A stretch of DNA of 64,000 bases, taken from positions 22,692,001-22,756,000 of the forward strand of contig NC_086124.1 of assembly GCF_963921235.1 (NCBI RefSeq), in the 5' to 3' direction. Under the pieces are notes generated by a model that saw only the letters and a list, made by a program, of their open reading frames with translations, was not told the origin of the DNA and ran no database searches. Positions 35,101-57,223 of this stretch are shown piece after piece; position 1 is the stretch's first letter, and each line of letters begins with the position of its first letter. The position numbers and the translations under genes were made by a program. The stretch is from Mobula hypostoma (lineage: Eukaryota).

Positions 35101-38100
35101 AGAGGAATAGTGAGGTAGTGTCCGTGGACCATTCAGAAATCTGATGGTGGTGGGGGGGCAGGGGGGAACTATTCCTGAAGCATTGAGTGTGTGTCTTCAG
35201 GCTCCTGTACTTCCTGCCTGATGGTGCAATGAGAACCGGGCATGTGCTGGGTGGCGAGGGACCCTAATGATGGGTGCCGCCTTCCTGAGGCACTGCCTCG
35301 ATGGTGGGGAGGGTCGTGCACGTGATGGAACTGCCCGAGTCTGTGGCCTCGTGTATTGGCAACGTGGGGAGAGTGGGAGAGGAGAACAGAGTGTTAGCGG
35401 AGGGGGAGATAGGGGGTGTATGCAGGAGGAGAGTAGTAAGTTGGGAAAGGGGAGAGTGATGGGGAGAAGGAGAAAGGAGACAGTGAAGGGAGAGGAGACA
35501 AGCGTATTGGTGGGAGGACGCAATAGACAGGGGAGGAGGGAGGGGAGTGTTGCCAGGAGAGAGGAATGGATGGAGAAGGACAAGGGAGTATTGGTGGGAG
35601 GGGGAGATTGGAAGAAGGGGTCGGGTGGGGTAGAGTGTTGTCAATATGAGGAGAGAGGAGGGAGTGGACGAGATAGTACTGGTGGGAGGGGGAGATTGGG
35701 AGAAGGGGGTCGGATGGGATGGGGGGAAGAGTGTTGCCAATACAAGGGAGAGGAGGGGTTAATGTTAGCAGGAGGGTGGGGTAGACAAGAGAGTACTGGT
35801 GGGAGGGGTTATTGGGAGAAGAGGAGACGGACACCATTGGCAGAAGGGGTGAATGGACAGGGAGGGCGGCAGGAATTTTAAGAGGTTTGTGCTTCAAGGC
35901 TACAGTGGACAAGCCGGGGGGAGTCCCGCCAACAGAGATGCAAGAGTTGGGAGTCAGCGAGTGAGGAATTAAAGGGGATGGTGTGTTTGGGGTCCGACGG
36001 CAGCTTACCACCGGCGCATTCCTGAACCCTTTAATGGACTGGAAAATGCCTCCTCCGATGGCGCCCATGGTGAAAGCCCCCCCGCAGTCATCCACGATTC
36101 GCCAGGGGCTGCAGGGAGCAGGGACAGAGGGTGGGGAGAAGAATGCAGGGAGGGGCAAGTATTGCAAAGAAGGGAATGAGAGTGATGCAAGAGTGAGGTG
36201 GGAGGAGACGGCAAGAGATGGGGGGAAGAGAGGGAGGAGGGAGAGGGAAAAAAACAAGAGCGGGAAAGAGGGAAGGAAAACGCCCAGGAAAAGCAAGGGA
36301 AGGGGCAGTGCAGAGAGGGAAGTGACAGGGATGTCAATGTGGAAAGGGATGGGACAAGAGGGAGAGGTTAAAGGGGAAAGCGTGAGGAGGAAAGGCGAGC
36401 AGCGGAGAGAGAGGAGAGAGAAGCAAGGGGGAAATAAGAGGTTATAGGGTAAGGTGGAAGGGGGAGAGGAGGGAGAAAAGAGATCAAGGGTGAAGGGGGA
36501 AGGAGCAGAGGAGAGGGTGAAGGGCAAGGGGAGGGGGAAGCAAAGAAAATGATCGGTGAGGAATGTGACCACCAATTATCGCGCAGCAGTCCCCTTCTCA
36601 ACGCTCACAAGCCCTGCCCCCAAAGACACACCGGTGGACAACCCTCAGCGTCACAAACACTCAGCCAGCCGCTGCGGAAGGAAAACAAAAGCCACAATGT
36701 ACAGCACAGAAACAGGCCCTTCGGCCCATCTAGTCTGTGCTGAACCATTTAAACTGCCTACTCCCACGAACCTGCACCGGGACCGCAGACCTCCATCCCC
36801 TTCCCATCCGTGTACTATCCAAACGCTACTTAAATGTTGAAATCGAGCTCGCATGTACTGCTGACACTGGCAACTCGCTCCACACTCTCACCACCCTCTG
36901 AGTGAAGAAGTTTCCTCTCATGGTCCCCTTAAACATTAGATTAGATTATGAGGACACGCAGTTCTCTTTTATTGTCATTTAGTAATGCATGCATTAAAAA
37001 ATGATACAATGTTTTTCCAGAATATCACAGAAACACATGACAAACCGACTCAAGAACTGACAAAAACCACATAATTATAACATATAGTTACAACAGTGCA
37101 AGGCAATACCGTAATTTGATAAGAACAGACCATGGGCACGGTAAAAGTCTCAAAGTCTCTCGAAAGTCCCATCATCTCACGCAGACGGTGAACCTCCAGC
37201 GCCGCCAACTTGCCGATGCAGCATCCTGGAAGCATCCGACCACAATCCAACTCCAAGTCCGTCCGAAAACTCCGAGCCTCCGACCAGCTCTCCGACACCG
37301 AGCACCGAGCACCACCTCTGCCGAGCGCTTCGACCCTGACCCCGGCAACAGGCAATAGGCAAAGCCGAGGATCTGGGACCTTCCCCTCCGGAGAATTTCG
37401 ATCGCACAGTAGCAGCGGCAGCGAAACGGGCATTTCAGAAGTTACTCCAGGTGTCCCTCTGCGCTTCTTATGGCTGTCTCCATCAAATCAGGATTGTGCA
37501 CGGCCCCCTTGTTAACACATATCGATATCATTCGGAACGGCCGTGCGCCATCTTCTCCTCCCTCCCCTTTCACCCTTAACCCATGACCTCTGGTCTGTGA
37601 TGACTGGTGTCGAATTTGGATCCAGTATTGAGACACAGACCAACTTCAAACACACAATACAGGACCACGGGGGCGGGGTCACCATAGAATAGCGGTTAGC
37701 GCGACACTATTACAGCTTGGGGCGTCGGAGTTCAAAGGTCAATTCCGACGTCTTCTGAAATGAGTTTGTACATTCTCCTCATGACTGCATGGTTTCCTCC
37801 GGCTGCTCCAGTTTCCTCCCACAGTGCAAAGACGGACCAGTTAGTAGATTAATTGGCCATTGCAAATCGTCCCGTGATTAGGCTGGGGTTAAATTGGTGG
37901 GTTTCTGGGTGGCGCAGCTCGCTGGGCTGGAAGGGTAGTTCCGTGCTACAATTAAATGGGAACCCACGACATAGGGCTGAATTAATCAAACCCCCGGGGA
38001 GCATGGGGTGTCCAGGGAGGGGAAGCACCTCTGGTGGCGGGGAGGGGGCTTGCCATGTCCATTCCAGGGCAGCTGACTCACCTTGGCTCCCCACCGGACA

Positions 38101-41100
38101 CTCGTCTCTCAGCTGGAGCTCCAAGTAGTTGTTTGGATGCGACAGCAGCCACATCCCGGTATACCACTTTGACGGGGGTGGGCTAAACCAGGTGAGGGTA
38201 GCCAGCGCGCCTCATCCCCTGGTGAGGTAGAGACATGACTGTCCTAGCACGCGAAGTCAGCTCCAGCAGACTGGCGGATGAGCTCTACAGTGATATCCAA
38301 TGGCCAGGAAGGCTGGGAACGCTCCGTGGACAGCAAAGGGCATTTCAAAGCACAGGAGACATCATGGTCATCCACTGCAACCAGGGAAGACCCCAGTTCG
38401 TGACGTTTGTTCATACCTCTGGACCCCGACCCGAGGCCAAGAGAGTGGATCGCCCCAAAGCAACAGCTATTCCACTTTAAAAACTCTCCCGCTCAGATTT
38501 CCTGTCATCGTCAGACATGACAGACAACCACCACAATTAAAAACCTAATTAAACTCATTCTTTCTCCTACACAGGGTCCATATCTTTCCATTCTCTGCAC
38601 ACTCAGGGGAAGAGCCATGAAATAATGTTGCAGCTCTGTCAAACCCTGGTTAGACCACACGGAGTATTGCGCTCAGCTCTGGTCGCCTCATTATGGGAAG
38701 GATGTGGGAGCTTTAGAGAAGGTGCAGAGGGGATTTACCAGGATGCTGCCTGGATTGGAGAGCCCGTATTCTGAGGATAGGTTGAGCGAGCTGAGGCTTT
38801 TCCCTCTGGAGCGAAGGAGGATGAGAGGTGACTTTGTGTACAAGATGATAAGAGGAGAGAAAGCTTCCTATAGTGAGGGAGTATAGGGCCAGAGGGCACA
38901 GCCTCAGAATAGAAGGGCGTCCCTTTAGATCAGAGATGAGGAGGAATCTCCTTATAACTAGTAAATTAAACATCTAACTAATCTATTTCCTTCTGCCTAC
39001 ACAATGTCTACCTCAATACATCCATGTGTCTGTCTGGTGGTTGTCCATGGTCCAACGTTGACAGGAAACCTGCGTGGAGAGTTTTCAAAGTGGAAAAACC
39101 ATTGCACTGGGCAGTTTCACTCTCGAACTCAGAAGTCTGGGTCCAGTAGTCCAAACAAGTGTCACAAACTAGGGTCTTCTTTGCTTACAGCAGATGACCA
39201 GGACGTCTTTTGCGCTCTCCAAGGAGCATTGCAGTATCGCCTTCCTAGCCATTGGAGATCACTGTAGATCTCATCGGCCCAGTCCGCAGGCATGTCCCTA
39301 GGAAGAGGCTGCTGGCTACCCAAAGCGGTGCAATGAGGTGCGGCCGCTATCACATGCAGACAGCTACTTGGATCCCCAGGTGAGAGCTGAGCGTCTGCTG
39401 GGGACCAAAGGTGAGGGAGCTGCCCTGGAATGGACACAAGCCCCTTCACCAGAGGTGCAACCCCTACCAGGACACCCCATGTACCCTTAACAGTCTTAAA
39501 CATCTCCATCGCATCTGCCTCCACCACCACTCCTGGCAGTGCATTCCAGGCACCCACCACATAAAAACACTTGTCCCACACATCTCCTTTGAACCTGTGC
39601 CCACTCATATTAAATGCCCTCTGACATTAGACAGTTTGACCTTGGGAAACAGACACTGGCTCTCTACTGTAGCTATGCCTCTACTAATCTTATAGCCTCA
39701 CTGTTCCACAAAATAAAAATGGGTCTATTAATAAGATTATAGAGGACATAGTGCTGGGTGGATTAGCAAGTTCCCGATGACTGCAGAATCGGTGGAGCCG
39801 TGGAGAGCATAAAGAGCTTTAGAAAACATATACAGATCAGTGACACGAGAGATTCTGCAGACACTGGAAATCCACAGCAACATACGCAAAGTGCTGGAGG
39901 AACCTGCAGCATCTCTGGAGGGGAATAAACAGTCAACATCTCGAGCCGAGACTCTTCATCAGGGACATTGATCAGTTGCAGATATGGGCAGAGAAATGGG
40001 AGATGGAGTTTAACTGGGCAATGTTCAAAGTAAATTTATTATCAATGTACATATTTTGACATTCTGAGATTCATTTTTTTTACAGGCATACTCCGTAAGT
40101 CCATAACAGAATCAATGAAAGACTGCACCAACAAAGACTGACAAGTGAGCAATGTGCAAAAGTTGACAAACTGTGCAAATACAAAAAAAAGACCAATAAA
40201 TAACTAATACTGAGAATCTGAGTTCTCGAGTCCTTGAAAGAGTGTCTATATAGGTTGTGGGAACATTTCAATAATTGGGCAAGTGAAGTTAACCCCTTCG
40301 GTTCAAGAGCCTGATGGTTGAGGGGTAATAACTGTTGGGGTGTATTCTGGAGTTATGGTTTATAACAAATACCAATCTTAATAGCAGCCAGTCTCCAGAC
40401 CTGAACATGGATTGTAGATTGAATTTAAACCGCAACTCAGAACAAAGCTGCATTTTGGGGAAACATTCCACTTAACCTGAGACGTCTGCATTTGCATGAA
40501 TGCAACCCAGAGTCGGTGGGAATTAACATTCATTCTGGGTGTCTGGAGTGTGGGAGTGAAGATGGATATGGCTGAAAATTATATGTAATTCAAAGGAGGC
40601 ATTGTAGATACATAGTAACTATCAAATTGTCCTACCGCTATCTTTGATCTTTAACAGATGAAAATGTCGCGTAACATTTGAGACGAGCAGGCCCCTTCTT
40701 CCAAGAGTGTCTCAATATGATGCCTGGTGCTCATTTCACTGAATAAACTCCTATATCCACTAGCTTCAGTGTCTCGCTGGTGACTTCGTTTACACTTACA
40801 ACAATAATTATTCCTGAACCTGGACGTGTGAGTCCTGAGGCTCCTGTACCTCCTTCCTGATAGCAGCAACGAGAAGGTGAGAGTGTGAGATGTTGTATTT
40901 TGGGATGCAAAGCACAAGGGAAAACCATCAGTCAACAGTAGGAGTCCTGACAGCACTGAGGGACAGAGGGATGTTGGGGTCCAGGTCCACAGCTCCAAGT
41001 AAATCGAGTAGGAGAGGGTAAATGTTACAGTAATCTTCACTGGTCAGAGCAATAGGTATAACAGTAAGGATATCACGTTGCAGCTGTATACAGCTTTGGT

Positions 41101-43803
41101 AGACCACACATAAAGAATTGCGTACAGTTATGCCTGCCCTGTTACGAGAAGGATGTGGAGGCTTTTGAGAGGATACAGAAGAGGTTCACCAGGATGCCGC
41201 GTGGATTAGAGAGTGTGACCTATAAGGAGAGGTTGGACAAACTTGAGTTGGCGGAGTATGTGGATGAGGTTGTAAATAAGGATCTTGTGTCGGCGCAAGG
41301 ACATGGAGGATAGTGAGATCAGTGGAGGATGCTAGTATGCCAGAGCATCATGAAATAGAGGAGATAAGTGTCCGTTCGTTACTGTCATTCAACTGTACAC
41401 GTCTACAGCCAAATGAAACAACGTTCCTCCAGACCAAGGTGCACAACACAGTACATGTAACTCACACTCAACACATAAAGTAATACTTATTTTGTTATGT
41501 TCGGTGTTGTACGATGTGGGCAATCATGATCTATCCACGATTGTTCTTGGCAAATTTTTCGACAGAAGTGGTTTGCCATTGCCTTCTTCTGGGCAGCGTC
41601 TTTACAAGACGGGTGACCCCAGCCATTGTCAATACTCTTCAGAGATAGTCTGCGTGGCATCAATGGTCACATGACCAGGACTTGAGATGTGCACCAGCTG
41701 CTCATACAACTGTCCCCCATGGCTTCACATGATCGGGGGCTAAGCAGGTGCTACGCCTTGCCCAGGGCTAGCGGAGGGAAGGAGTGTCTTACACCTCCAC
41801 TCAGAAGTAAGAGTAGGTTCTCTTAAAGAATTCAGGGAATATTTGATTCTGCGCTTTGCGCTCCCTGGAGTACAAATCGATAGCAAATAGTAAAAATTTA
41901 AATTACAAATCATAAATAGAAAATAGAAAAGGGAAAGCAAGGTAGTGCAAAAAACCGAGAGGCAGGCCCAGATATCTGGAGGGTACGGCCCAGATCCGGG
42001 TCAGGATCCGTTCAGCAGTCTTATCACTGTTGAAAAGAAGCTGTTCCCAAATCTGGCCGTACGAGTCTCCAAGCTCCTGAGCCTTCTCCTGGAGGGAAGA
42101 GGGACAAAAAGTGTGTTGGCTGGGTGGGTCGTGTCCTTGATTATCCTGGCAGCACTGCTCCGACAGCGTGCGGTGTAAAGTAAGTCCAAGGATAGAAGAT
42201 TGGTTTGTGTGAGGTACTGCCCCGTGTTCACGATCTTCTGAAGCTTCTTCCGGTCTTGGACAGGACAACTTCCATACCAGGTCGTGACGCACCCTAGAAG
42301 AATGATTTCTACGGTGCATCTATTGGGACAGGCCAAATTTCTTTAGCTTTCTCAGGAAGTAAAGGCGCTGGTGGGCCTTCTTGGCAGTGAACTCTGCTTG
42401 GTTGGACCAAGTCAGGTCATTTGTGATATTGACCCCGAGGAACTTAAAGCTTTTGACCTGTTCCACTTGCGCACCACCGACGTAAATGGGGTCGTGCAGT
42501 CCGCTACTCCTCCTGAAGTCAACAACCAATTCCTTCGTCTTGCTGACGTTGAGGGATAGGTTATTGTCTTCGCACCATGCCACCAGGTTCTTAATTTCCT
42601 CTCTGTACTCAAACTCATCATTAACCGAGATACAGCCTACAATTGTTGCGTCATCAGCAAACTTATACACTGAGTTCGATAGATAGATATAGCTCTTGTA
42701 ATTGATTTACTTATTTATTCCTTTCTTTCTATATTACAATGTATTGCATTGTACTACTGGTGCTAAGTTAACAAACTTCACGACACATGCTGATGATATT
42801 AAACCCAATTCTGATTCAAATGGCTGTTACACAGAGACGAGTGCAGTGAATGGAGATGAGTCACGATAACAGCGGGGTAGAAGCTATCCCTGAGCCTGGT
42901 GGGACATGATTTCACACTTTTCTTTCTCCTGCCCCATGGGAGAGGGGAGAAATAGGAGCAGGAGTCGGCCATCTGGCCTGTTGGGCCTGCTCTGCCATTC
43001 AATCAGATCATGGCTGACCTGACCATAGACTCATCTCCACCTACCCGCCTTTTCACCATAACCCTTAATTCCCCTACTATGCAAAGACCTACCCGACCTT
43101 GTCTTAAAAATATTTACTGAGGTAGCCTCCACTGCTTCATTGGGCAGATAATTCCACAGATTCACCAGTCTTTGGGAAAAACTTCATCAACCATGGGTTA
43201 GATAACAGTGACCATTAGGGCACGATAACAGCTGGGTAAAAGCTATCCTCGAGCACTCAGGGCACCCCTTGCCCTCCTGCCCAAAGCACCCAGATGTGGA
43301 ACCATCTTGTTTTGGGCTCCCTCTCAGTCTGGAGGGGAAACATTCACCATTTCCCTCCCCATAGATGCTGCCCGACCGATTTAACCATGTCACCTGAGAA
43401 CAACTCGCGCTATCACTATTACTTATTGTCTCCTTTTTTGCACATTGGCTCTTTCTCAGGTTATGTTTTTTTGCATAAATTCTATTTATTTTCCGGTGGA
43501 TGTTCGTATTTACTAACCGGTATGTACTTTGATAATAAAGTAATCGGCTTTCCAGATCACGTGACACAATCGACGACCCGGAGAGCAGGTGGCCACGTGA
43601 CTTAGCTCCCCGAGGGGCTCACGTGACGATAGTCCGTGCTATCCGCTGTCTACGCAGGCGCAATGCGTTCCGCCCGGACAACGCAAGCCCGCTAACCCCC
43701 GTAACCTTGCCACCGCTGCCGATGGGCCTCCCCGGGGTTCCCCCCCCATCCGCACTGCCCGCCGCCCGGCACCGTACCATGGTTCGCGGGCGTACTCCTC
43801 CAT
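26096..43803 (-). CDS. TIMM17B: Mitochondrial import inner membrane translocase subunit Tim17-B, 6 coding exons, 510 nt, 169 aa
   Basis: complement join(43778-43803,36009-36108,34097-34160,33286-33414,26661-26771,26096-26175). Protein reads [24 protein letters not shown]...[37 protein letters not shown]...[10 protein letters not shown]...[11 protein letters not shown]. These are B-paralog residues, and the gene is adjacent to PQBP1. Confidence 0.96.
26661..26771 (-). CDS. TIMM17B: TIMM17B exon 5
   Basis: [36 protein letters not shown]; cacag| ... |gtgagt; 111 nt. Confidence 0.96.
27594..28075 (+). mobile_element. CR1 3' fragment nested in a Rex/Babar LINE, 7-bp TSD
   Basis: [16 protein letters not shown]...; AAGAGTC at 27587-27593 and 28076-28082. 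Confidence 0.85.
28465..28965. mobile_element. PIF/Harbinger-type MITE, 501 bp
   Basis: 25-bp TIR AGGCTGATTTATACTTGTGCGTCAA versus reverse-complement AGGCTGATTTATGCTTCTGCGTCAA (2 mismatches); flanks TTA/TCA. Confidence 0.82.
33286..33414 (-). CDS. TIMM17B: TIMM17B exon 4
   Basis: [42 protein letters not shown]; ttcag| ... |gtgagt; 129 nt. Confidence 0.96.
34097..34160 (-). CDS. TIMM17B: TIMM17B exon 3
   Basis: [21 protein letters not shown]; cccag| ... |gtatgt; 64 nt. Confidence 0.96.
36009..36108 (-). CDS. TIMM17B: TIMM17B exon 2
   Basis: [33 protein letters not shown]; ctgcag| ... |gtaagc; 100 nt. Confidence 0.96.
37670..37950 (+). mobile_element. V-SINE (HE1-like); related copies at ~5580-5760, 11335-11520, 17090-17270, 17700-17860, 58860-58960
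   Basis: tRNA-like head tagcggttagcg; V-domain ggtttcctccggctgctccagtttcctcccaca. Confidence 0.75.
40333..40803 (+). mobile_element. Solo LTR (Copia- or BEL-like termini), 471 bp
   Basis: TGTTG...CAACA ends, 5-bp TSD ATAAC/ATAAT, internal AATAAA at ~40742; splits a host repeat (gaggggtaataactgttcctgaacc). Confidence 0.75.
41890..42680 (-). mobile_element. Rex1/Babar-type LINE, RT C-terminus and 3' end
   Basis: [10 protein letters not shown]...[17 protein letters not shown]...[13 protein letters not shown]. Confidence 0.88.
43778..43803 (-). CDS. TIMM17B: TIMM17B coding exon 1 (MEEYAREP)
   Basis: aacATGg start; donor TG|gtacgg; 26 nt. Confidence 0.95.
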
Positions 43804-44040
43804 GTTGCTCCGCGGCCGACGGGCGCTCTCCGGCGCCGCCTGGTGACGACAGTACGACGGCTCCGCTTCTTGTCACGTGCCCCTCCTTGCCTGGCGTCAC
43901 GGCCAAACCGTCAGGTCGAACGACGGATTACGTCAGGTCATTACGTCAGACGTGTCAGGTGACGCAATTCCTCATTAAACGCGATTGCTGCAGAACCGAA
44001 AGGAAACGTGAACGTTAAACATTCTGTACATATTGCTGAC

Positions 44041-44163
44041 AACAGGAATTCTGCAGATGCTGGAAATTCAAGCAACATACATCAAAGTTGCTGGTGAACG
44101 CAGCAGGCCAGGCAGCATCTATAGGAAGAGGTGCAGTCGACGTTTCAGGCCGAGACCCTTCGT
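44041..44163 (-). mobile_element. Short Penelope-terminus copy inside the bidirectional promoter, truncated within the hammerhead core
   Basis: Near-identical to the reverse complement of 24353-24475. Confidence 0.85.
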
Positions 44164-45762
44164 TCTGATTGGATGACATGAATGCCAATCAATGCGGTTT
44201 TCCCACCTCCAGGAGACGTCGCATGCGTCGTTGAATGAGTCCGAATCAGTCAAATGGTGAATGACCCCACCTTCACGGTCTCCGATTGGCCCGAAAGACC
44301 GTCCATCACCAGCAGACTCGTCTAAATGTGACGTTTACAACCTGCGACGGACGAGCACGTTAATGGAACGCGACAAAACGGAGTCGCTGCTGTTGAGGGT
44401 GAGTGACTGAGGGCCGGCCGGAGGGAGGGAGGGAATGAGGGGAAAGTGAGGGAAGTACGCATGATCATGTCGTCTGTTTATAACCGTAACCCCGGTCTTT
44501 CCGAGCCTTGACGCCGTTATCCCGTCACTCTGCCCTCTGATCCTTGACCCTTGACCTAGGCATCAACACGAGAAAATCTGCAGGTGCTGGAAGTTCAAAC
44601 AACTGTCCTGACGAAGGGTCTCGGCCCGAAACGGCGGCTGTATTTCTTTCTATAGATGCTGCCTGGCCTGCTGCGTTTCGCTAGCATTTTGTGCGTGTGT
44701 TACCGTAATTCGTCATTCTGACTTCTGACCTAGGTTGTGATCGCTCTGGTACCTGGACCACAATTTGTTCATAATCCCGTAGCTCTGACCCCTGCCCCAG
44801 GATGTGACCGTAACCAATTGCTCCGACCCTTGACCCAGACTGAGACGGTAACCGGTCGCTCTGACCCTTGACCCAGCCTGTGTGCGTAACCCCGTTACTC
44901 TGACCCCTAACCCTGGATCTGACCAGGTGTAGAGTGCCCAAGGATGGCATTTCTGAGACATGGGCCCCTTGGGGTCACAGGCAGCCATCACTCCCTTCCC
45001 CCTTATGTTGGCAGAGAGACATCATCACAGTGATCCCCTTCACAGCTCTGCCGGCGGTGCTCCACACTCGACATTTCCAACATCCTTTGCTCCCACCAGA
45101 TTTACAAACTCCTCTCTGCTCCATGTTGACAAATACAGTACTGTGCAAAATCTCAGGCACCCCAGCAAAATATATAGTGCCTAAGACTTTTGCATAATAC
45201 CGTATATGTCACGATATACACCCTGATGAGATTCATTTTCTTACGGGCATACTCACTAAATCTGATAGCCATAATAAAATCAATGAAACACCACACCAAC
45301 AGGGCAGACCACCAGTGTGCCAAAGACAACATAGTCATAGTCATACTTTATTGATCCCGGGGGAAATTGGTTTTCATTACAGTTGCACCATAAATAATAA
45401 ATAGTAATAGAACCATAAATAGTTAAATAGTAATATGTAAATTATGCCAGTAAATTATGAAATAAGTCCAGGATGAGCCTATTGGCTCAGGGTGTCTGAC
45501 CCTTCAAGGGAGGAGTTGTAAAGTTTGATGGCCACAGGCAGGAATGACTTCCTATGACGCTCTACGCTGCATCTCGGTGGAATGACTCCCACCGAGATTG
45601 CACAAAATGTGCAATTACAAAAAGAAAGAAAAATAATATGTAAATAAGCAATAAATATTGAGGGCATGAGATGAAGAGTCCTTGAAAGTGGATCCATAGG
45701 TTGTGGGAACATTTCAATGATGGGGCGAGTGAAGTTTTCCCCTTTGGTTCAAGAGCCTGATG

Positions 45763-46271
45763 CAGACATCCCACCCTGCAAAAACTTATTTCAGGGAGGT
45801 AGCACCAGCAATTTGCGGGATACTCCCATAACTTCCGGGAGAGGTAGGATGTCTGCAGTAGAGCAGCTCCTTAGCAGCTAGCCAGCTGGTTTAAATAACA
45901 TTAGCTACACTAATGAACGAATGATACCTGTTAAATTCACCTCAACATGTCTTTTACAGTCTTACCCCACCATGGGCAATAGAAAAGTCACTGTTGCAAA
46001 CAGTGCAGCGAGCAACACTGTCATTATTTTGACCTCTATTAGGCAGGGGTACACTTTAGTGTAGTCTGGGGTGACGTACGTTTTATATTTTCTTCTTTTG
46101 GAACACTCTGCCATGGCGCGCTCGCGCTCTCTCTGTTGTGGTCGCTCTCGCGCGCTCTCTCGCTCTCAAAAAAATTGGTTTCCATGATATTGTACATAAT
46201 TTGCGGGCATCAGGGAGCCGCTATCAATATGCGGGAGACTCCCGGAACTTCCGGGAGAGGTGGGATGTCTG
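45763..46271. mobile_element. Non-autonomous TIR element (hAT-like), 509 bp, 6-bp TSD
   Basis: Perfect 13-bp TIR CAGACATCCCACC/GGTGGGATGTCTG; CTGATG at 45757-45762 and 46272-46277. Confidence 0.82.
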
Positions 46272-46873
46272 CTGATGGCTGAGGGGTAATAACTGTTCCT
46301 GAACCTGTCGGTGTGAGCTCCTTAATGGCAGTGGCGAGATGAACTATGAACTTTGAACTTCTCGCTGCCTCGGTAAAGCAGCCAGCAGAATCAAAGACCC
46401 CACCCACCCCCGACATGCTCTCTTCTCCCCCCCCCATCGGGCAGAAGATTCGAAAGCCTGAAAGCACCTCCCACCAGGCTCAGGGACAGCTTCTACCCCC
46501 CCCCCCGTTAGAAGACAACTGAACAGTAGTCTCGTACAATTAGTTGGACCCCCTACCTCACAGACTACCTCGTGATGACTTTCAATTGTATTGTCTATGA
46601 ACCGCACTTTCTCTGTAACTGTTACACTCTATTCTGCATTCTGTGATTGTTTTACCTTGTTCTACCTTGTGCTCTGTGTAATGATCAGATCTGTATGAAC
46701 AGTGTGCAAGACGAGCTTTTCCCTGTATCTCGGCACCTGTGACAATAATTAATGCCAACGAGGAATTGCATTGTACCCACTGTGTTGGACGATAATCTGA
46801 TTTGTGCCCCCGCAGTTCGGCGCCTGGCGTCCGGCGGCCTGAACAGGAAGACGTGCTCACCGGTCCCCGCACC

Positions 46874-56569
<9,696 letters not shown>

Positions 56570-57094
56570 GGGATGTCCCACGCTCGGGTTCATTGTGGGA
56601 GGTGGCTGATGGGGAAGGGGAGGGATACAGGGTTATGTACCGGGCTGGGTTTATTCCTGGGAGTGGGGCCTCTGTCTCTCTCTCCTCCTTTCTCCCCTTA
56701 AACCCTGTCTCTGACTCCTTGTCCCACCGCCCCTCTTGTATTCCTCACTTTCCTTCTCCTCCTCTGCCCATCCTCTCTCTCTCTCTCTCTCTCCATTCCC
56801 CATTTTCCGTTCACATCTCTCTCCGTCCCCCTCTCTCTGTCTGTTTTTTTTCTCTCTCTCTCTTCTCCTAACTCCCCATCACATCGTGAGGAAGGAGAGG
56901 AGCTCCTACACCTCCCCCACCAATAACCACTCAGGAGTCAGAGGCTGCTGCTCGGGGAGTAGGGGGAGAGGCCGCCCTTCCATCCGATAAAGCTGTTTCT
57001 CTGCTGCCAGGGCTGCTGGGATAGCTTGGGCTCCATTACTCAGTGAGCATTGGGATGCTGCTGCTCCCAGTTTTGCGGATGTGGGGAAAGACAC

Positions 57095-57100
57095 ATTAAA
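57095..57100 (+). terminator. Probable PQBP1 polyadenylation signal (ATTAAA)
   Basis: First canonical-type hexamer I found after the stop; followed by T/GT-rich ctgttatttgtttac. Confidence 0.5.
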
Positions 57101-57223
57101 AATGTTTTTGATGCCAGACAGCTCTGTTATTTGTTTACTGGGGGGATTTCTGGGGGATGGAGGAGAGAGGGAATGGGGAAGGGAAAAGGGTGAGGTACTA
57201 TGCAAAAGTCTTAGGAACGAACT

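Larger units (their letters stand above)
43550..44400. promoter_or_regulatory. Bidirectional CpG-island promoter shared by TIMM17B and PQBP1
   Basis: CpG-rich. CRE-like TTACGTCA at 43928-43935 and 43941-43948; CCAAT boxes at 44168, 44185 and 44285; E-boxes at 43557-43627; strong donor GG|gtgagt at 44398/44399 marking a putative PQBP1 leader exon. Confidence 0.8.

Noticed and set aside
35394-36575. 393-aa ORF
   Set aside because: Only 36009-36108 is coding (TIMM17B exon 2); the rest is C/T-rich low-complexity intron.
44605-44640. Active hammerhead in PQBP1 intron 1 (sense strand)
   Set aside because: The cleavage triplet is mutated (GGC instead of GUC), so it is predicted inactive and counted only as a family member.
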